Assembly (NCBI RefSeq): GCF_009914755.1 | Contig: NC_060936.1 | Length of the DNA: 64,000 bases | Direction: 5' to 3' (one strand) | Source of the DNA: the human T2T-CHM13v2.0 reference genome, Homo sapiens | Shown here: in pieces, positions 58,041 through 64,000 of the stretch | How positions within the stretch are numbered: position 1 is the stretch's first letter | Layout of the letters: every line of letters begins with the position of its first letter | Notes under the pieces: model-generated | What the model saw: the letters and a program-made list of their open reading frames with translations, nothing else | Database searches by the model: none | What the model was told of the DNA's origin: nothing | Made by a program: the position numbers and the translations under genes

Positions 58041-61000
58041 GTTTTTATAACTCAATGCTCAAATAGAATATTTTGCAAATGAGACATAAAATGTCCTAGG
58101 TCAGATTATATTTTTAAAAAGAATGGCTTATTATTTGCTTCTGTTTGTAATATTTTACCAAATCTTATATAAAAAATTAGGCCCAGCAAACTGCTTTTAT
58201 CCTAGGCTATAAAAGAGTTGGAGTGAGAAGGGTAGGTCAAAATACAAATCCTACAACAAATGTACATCTATTACTGCCTACAGACTGTGATTCTTTTTCA
58301 ATAAGGAATGTTTGAACAACTTTCACTGGTGACGTGCTATTCCTCTCTGCTCAAGAATTAATTAGAACATGTTCCAATAAAAACCTCTAGCATGAATACA
58401 TGGAACCAGACCATGTTCTGTGTGCTGTGTCATCTTACGTGATAAGCCACACTATCCTTCAATAGACGCACATTGCTTACATTTTTAGAACTATTAGCTG
58501 GAATAATTGTGAGACATTCTAGGCAATGTTCAATAGCCCATGCAGATGCCTGACAGGGCATGTTGTCTCTTAATTAGAAATTTGAATGCCTAATGCTTGT
58601 ATATTAGCTGAAATAATTGGATAGATGTTTTACATTTCTTTCACTGTTACTGACAGCGAAGCCAGATTAGCTAGAATCACATCTTTAAAAAACATACATA
58701 TGTATATGTGAAAGTTGTTCAAACATTCCATATATATGTATGCTACACAGAAATTAAATATTCTGAATATTTAAATTAATACTTAAATATAAATGTATGA
58801 ATATATGGAATATCTATACATGTTACATTGAAATTAAATATGTAGCTGATTATTATATTTAGTAGACATTGTTTCAATAATTCTTTTGGGCTTTTAGTCC
58901 AGTATTATTATGGTATTATACACATTTTGGTACACCCCGAGTCACCTCCTATTACTACCAGATATCTAAGTTAAATGCTTTACTTTTTTTTTGGTAAATA
59001 TCTGCTCTAATTAGGTTGCATACACACTGTGTGTTTCTGTTCGAAATGTGTCATTAGGATAGTACAAACATATGTATTGCTTATATTTAAAATGCTTGAT
59101 AACTTAGTGTTTATTCACAACTGTTAATACAAAATCTGTTTTTAAACATAACAAATTGCTGTCTATTAGGAATACACATAATGGCCTATTTCCATAAACA
59201 TCTTTAGTAAAAGATATCTTGATGTGCAAAACCCTGCAGACATTTTATGGAAGTTAGACAATATTTTGCAGAAGTACCTCAGAGCCATATTGTTTTTGCT
59301 TAATATTCTGAGAAGAGGATTATGATTGCCTGATAATGTGATGTGAAATAAAGGGTCCTATACAGAGGTGAATATGAAGCTTTATATATTTAAATATATG
59401 TCTCTCTTTGTTTTGCTTATGTACCTTATTAGCAAGATTTGTATACATAAAACAAGACATTATTTGAGAACTGCATGCTGTGTATGCTCTCACATGTAAA
59501 ATCAGATTAATGTTGATTATATACAAAAAGAAGGATTGCTGTCGCGGGCTCAAAGACTCTTAAGAGATCTAAGTTTTGATGAAAAAAGGTATTTAACAAT
59601 TAAAACAGCTCTATTTTTCTGAGGAAAAATATGGAGTTTGTCTTACACCAGAGAGTTGTGGGATTCAGAAATGTTGAATGTCAAACAAAGATATGCATAT
59701 CAGCTTTTCTGTAAACAATACAAATTATTCCACATTAGATTAATGTGATAGCCTTGCAAAGCATAAGGAGTAGGTGCTATGTGGAAAAACAAAGCTATAA
59801 TTCAGAAGAAGATGAACTCTCCTTGCAAGGAAAGAGTTGAAATCATAAAGTATTCTTCTAATTTTGTGTTATAATTCAGAAATGCAGACACTCTTCCCAT
59901 TTTTAAACAGCCATTCACCATATAATATTTTTCACATTTTATTTTTATATGAAAATTAAATAACTCATATTAATATGTTAAATTGATTTAAATGATATGC
60001 CAACTCTTCTCGTGTCATTTCTGTTAGAACATATTTGATAAATAATGCATATATTGGCCCATACTTGATAGAATAACTATACATCATGTTGAGAAAAATT
60101 ACTAGTAGAACAGGAAATGTTCAATGCCCAAGAGTCATTCCCTCTAAACAACAACAACAACAAAAATTGAGTCATATTAACTTAGTCAGCAGTGTCTTGA
60201 TGACACGTCAGTTGCCACCTGTCATTACGTGCTTATTATGTACTAAAATAGAATTATAAGGTTTTGCTGACAATTACTGCAGGACATAGTACACCACATT
60301 TTTATTTGCTTGTTTTTGAAGGGGGTTTGTATTTTATTTTCACTTAGTCTACAGACAAGCTAAAGCAAAAAAAAATGTGTCATATTGAGATAGAATGAAA
60401 AAAATCACATTCTGTGACTTATAAGAAATGCACCTAAGAAATGGAAACATTCTGTTCCTTGATCCCTTATTCTTCCTTTTACTATCTTCTTTTTGATAGA
60501 TATAATTTTATTTACATAAATTTAGGAAAATATATTTTAATTCAAAATATCCTTTGTTACCAAGCAGTAAATCCTTTTGGAATGGAAATTTACAGAAAGA
60601 ATTATTTACAGGAATCAACTATAATTACATGTAATTCATGCTGCAGCTGCTTATAATTGTAGTTTTCCCTAAGACCTTCTCTACTTATAATCACCCGAGA
60701 ATTGCTTCTTTGAAAATGGTTAATCGGAATAATAATTTTTTTCTATAACTAAATGCAGTGGCATTAAATGATTAGTGAGAAGCATTTAATAATCAGATAA
60801 AAAGACAAATTTGGTTTGACGCAAAAAAATGGATAAATACCGAGTATGTGTCAAAAATTGAACAAGGTGATGCAAGTTAGAGTGCAGGACAAATGGAAAT
60901 AATAGTCTCTCCCTTAAAAGAGTTTAAAATCTAGCTGGAGGAATAAAAACATACCCCATACCTAAAAAACAATCAGAAAACATTTGTAAGGGATAACCTG

Positions 61001-61169
61001 ACCCCGTACAAAATATAGAATTAATATGTTCTTGCTTTCCTAAGTACAAGACACATTTACTTCACAGAAAGATAAAAGTTAAAAATTTCTTCACATAAAC
61101 TGAGCCATGGGACAAATGTAACATTGGATCTTCTGTGTATATTTATGTTACTGGGCCTCCAAAAGACCA

Positions 61170-61320
61170 TGTGAAGCAGGAAAATGCACAAAATTAGCAA
61201 TTAGAACTAGGTTCAATATCTAGCGCTAACACTTTGTGGACACATTGTTAAACTTGTTTGGATAAAATTATTTGACCTTTCTGAGGCTTTTCCCAGTTAA
61301 AAATAATGACCTATCCATGA
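61170..61320 (+). mobile_element. MIR fragment
   Basis: ctaggttcaatatctagcgcta...ttatttgacctttctgaggc. Confidence 0.45.
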
Positions 61321-61879
61321 TCCTTGTAAAAAGTCATTCATATCATGTATATGAAACCCCGACTTATACCCCACCCAGGAAAAAATAAGCTGTTATAATA
61401 GGTGGCAGAATTTCATAAGTGACACTGCTTTTACAATGTGGTTGTCAACTTCTGGGCACTAGAATATTTTATTGTAACAATAATTATAGGGTTAATATCT
61501 ATCTATATACAATTCCTAGAGATTGCCTGAATTTAATAATTTAGGAAGAAAACAAAAGTATGAAGTGATTGAACCATATCATATAACTAAATCCATGCAC
61601 ATTCAAATATGTGTATATATAATGTATATATTATATGCACATATATATTTGTATTTATATATGTATATATTTGGTTTTATATAACATGTAGCTATATGTG
61701 TTTTATACATATATATTTGGTTTTATATAATAAACATAAATATATGTAAAAGATTCTGCAGGAGAGGCACAATTTTCTGTCCCTTGGAAAATGGTGGTAT
61801 CTTTTAGAACCTATTTAGATTAGGCCATCTTCTGTGTGTCTAGTTAGAATTCTTATGTTTTGTGAACATATTCAAAGTA

Positions 61880-62100
61880 CAGAATATGTCTATTGAGTCT
61901 CCCAATGAACTATGCCTTTGGATGTACACATCCTTATTTAGTCCTGCCCCCTCGAATACAGGCTAGTCCGATGACTAATTTTGAGCAGTAGAATGTGATG
62001 AAGTGACTCCATGGTATTTCCAAGGATAGGTCGGAAGATGCCTTACCTTCCGCTTCTGGGTCTCTAGAAAACCTTCCTCATTAGATAGTCAGACACTTCA
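61880..62100 (+). mobile_element. MLT1 (G/H-like) LTR 5' portion
   Basis: ctcccaatgaactatgcct...gactaattttgagcagtagaatgtgatgaagtgac...ttccaaggataggtc. Confidence 0.6.
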
Positions 62101-62199
62101 TAAGGGGTCCAATTATCTTGATACAAATGAGGACACCCTAGATGTGGCACTGATTTTCCTGGAGAGACTTCCATGCCTTCATGGTGACTGGACTTGGTT

Positions 62200-62612
62200 T
62201 GTGAAAGTTCTAGCTTTTCTAGTGGGTTCCTAGAAGGCACTGACACACATTTCCTAGGTGCAGCAAAGTTAAAGCCCCATAAGTCACATGTTGACCAGTA
62301 AAACACAAGAGACAGTAAGGAACAAGCAGATAAAGATTTGGATCTTCCCTCCTTTAGAAGGGATGTTTCAAAATGCTGTAGCTTTACAGTGCCTCATAGA
62401 CATACCCCAAGAGATAACAACTCGCTGTGCTTTTCTAGAATCTATGGTTGACACAGTCCTAAATCTTACTATGTCACCTTTCACACCTACCACTGTTTTC
62501 TCACTGTTTTTTTTCTCACTGCTATTTCTCTGATGTGTCCCCTCCAATATAATGCCAGTTCGCAAGTTCTTGCCACAGGCTCTGCTTTTTAGAGAATCCA
62601 GTTGAGATGACC
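62200..62612 (+). mobile_element. Possible ancient ERVL LTR (LTR16/LTR33-like) 3' part
   Basis: Terminal caggctctgctttttagagaatcca resembles ERVL LTR ends. Confidence 0.4.
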
Positions 62613-64000
62613 AGGAAAGGGACATTGTAAAATACTTTACACTGGTATATGTAAGCATAGCTTTTAGTGAGATAGACTAAAATCTCAGGCATTAGGTGAC
62701 TTAAAAATTTCTTAGGGAAATTGTATATTTTCCAGAATAGTTTAGGAGTCTCAGGTTTAGCAAGTTTAAATGACTTAGCTTGATTATGTAGCAGACACCA
62801 CATCTCCATTTTGACTCCTGAATATTACCTTGTGTACTCTGGGTTTAATTTATGATACAATAAGCAAAAATACTGTTTGTGTAAGTATGCTAAATTTAGA
62901 CCCTGATTTTATTTTCAAGATGATTTTAAATTAAGATGCTGGTTGTATTAAAGCAATCCAAGTTCTTATATAAAAACGACTTGCTGTAAATTAATGAGCT
63001 CTTACTACACTTATTAATGGGAATGCCACATTGCATAAGACAGGTCACTTTTCTCCAGTACATGTAAACATTTTATGAGGCAGAGAAAGTGTCGGTACAG
63101 AGTTGGTACCTCAGCATCTCTAAGGCCAGGGCTGGAAGTCAGGAGAATTAGCTGCAGGTGCTTAGGGTTTAGAACGTGCTGAAGGGACGAAAGGCCAATG
63201 TATTGGCTCCAGGTTAGTTCTTATGATCAACTATTCTTTTTATCTTCCCATAAGACCACCTCTCTTGTTTGTTGCTGAGGATGGGGGGATAAGAGGAGGG
63301 GGCCAAGAAGGAGTAAGGATGTTTCATTTCACATAGGAAACAGAATTCCTCAGACGATGGCCCAGTAGCAATGAGAAAAAGCACATTAGCTTAAGCAGAC
63401 TGAGGAGGGCACCAGGGGTGGGGAATGCGAATTATTCTCATCATTTCAAGCATTAACAGTAAATCAAGACAATGGCCTGTTCAGTGTTTAGACCTGTGCA
63501 ATTTCTGGCCCTTTTCCACACATTTTTCTTTTGTTTATCTCCTGAGAGATGCCCACATGTGTACAATACAAAGAACTGAGTCATAAAAGCAGAGGCCTGT
63601 TAGCCTCCCTGAGGACCAATTAATGGTGCTCCAAATCTTGTGGGCAGGCAGATAAAAAGGATAGAGAGAGTGAAGGGGAAGAGGATGAATACTCAACTAG
63701 AGTAGGGCAGGATTTTTTTTTTTTTTTTTTCAGATGTTAGAAGGGACTTCTTTAGCTATTCTTGTATACTTCTTTGGGGTGTGTGGGTGTTTTTTTCTTT
63801 CTTGTTTTTTCTCCCTCAGCTGCCTCTGTAGTCCCCCTAGTTCTAATGGGAACAGAGAGAAAAGTAGTACTTCAAAATATCAATTAGGCTTTCATCCGAA
63901 CTGATGACAGCACGCAGCTGGTTGGGGAAAAAAAAAGAATTTAAAAGGCCATTTAGAATGTTTCTGTCCCTCCTTTCATATATTGGCAGTTTTATTGATA

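Noticed and set aside
63713-63790. Strong-looking splice acceptor (T-run then cag)
   Set aside because: No convincing donor or coding frame downstream, and poly-T runs are common here.

Overview
Primate (human-like) AT-rich genomic DNA that is intergenic or deep-intronic and dominated by repeats. I see no intact protein-coding exon, tRNA, rRNA or CRISPR. The longer ORFs are LINE-1 remnants or chance ORFs in repeats. Main content: (1) an old processed RPL41 pseudogene (minus, ~197-658) that the ORF track misses, inside an old L1; (2) a near-full-length but disabled L1PA4-like element (minus, 13305-19123); (3) many older L1M/L1MA/L1MB pieces, several inverted; (4) eight Alus or Alu fragments; (5) MaLR LTRs (MLT1, MSTA), a solo HERV-H LTR7, MER58A and MER45A DNA transposons, MIR/L2/CR1 relics and microsatellites. 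The most interesting signal is that the RPL41 retrocopy carries a 30-nt GTGAGT-initiated insert exactly at the exon junction after codon 4, which looks like a fossil of an alternatively spliced, stop-containing RPL41 mRNA. Also notable are several template-switch or twin-priming scars and a motif-dense enhancer candidate near 33.5-34.2 kb. I found no convincing novel multi-gene system. All family and subfamily calls come from remembered consensus sequences, not from a search, and boundaries of old repeats are approximate.
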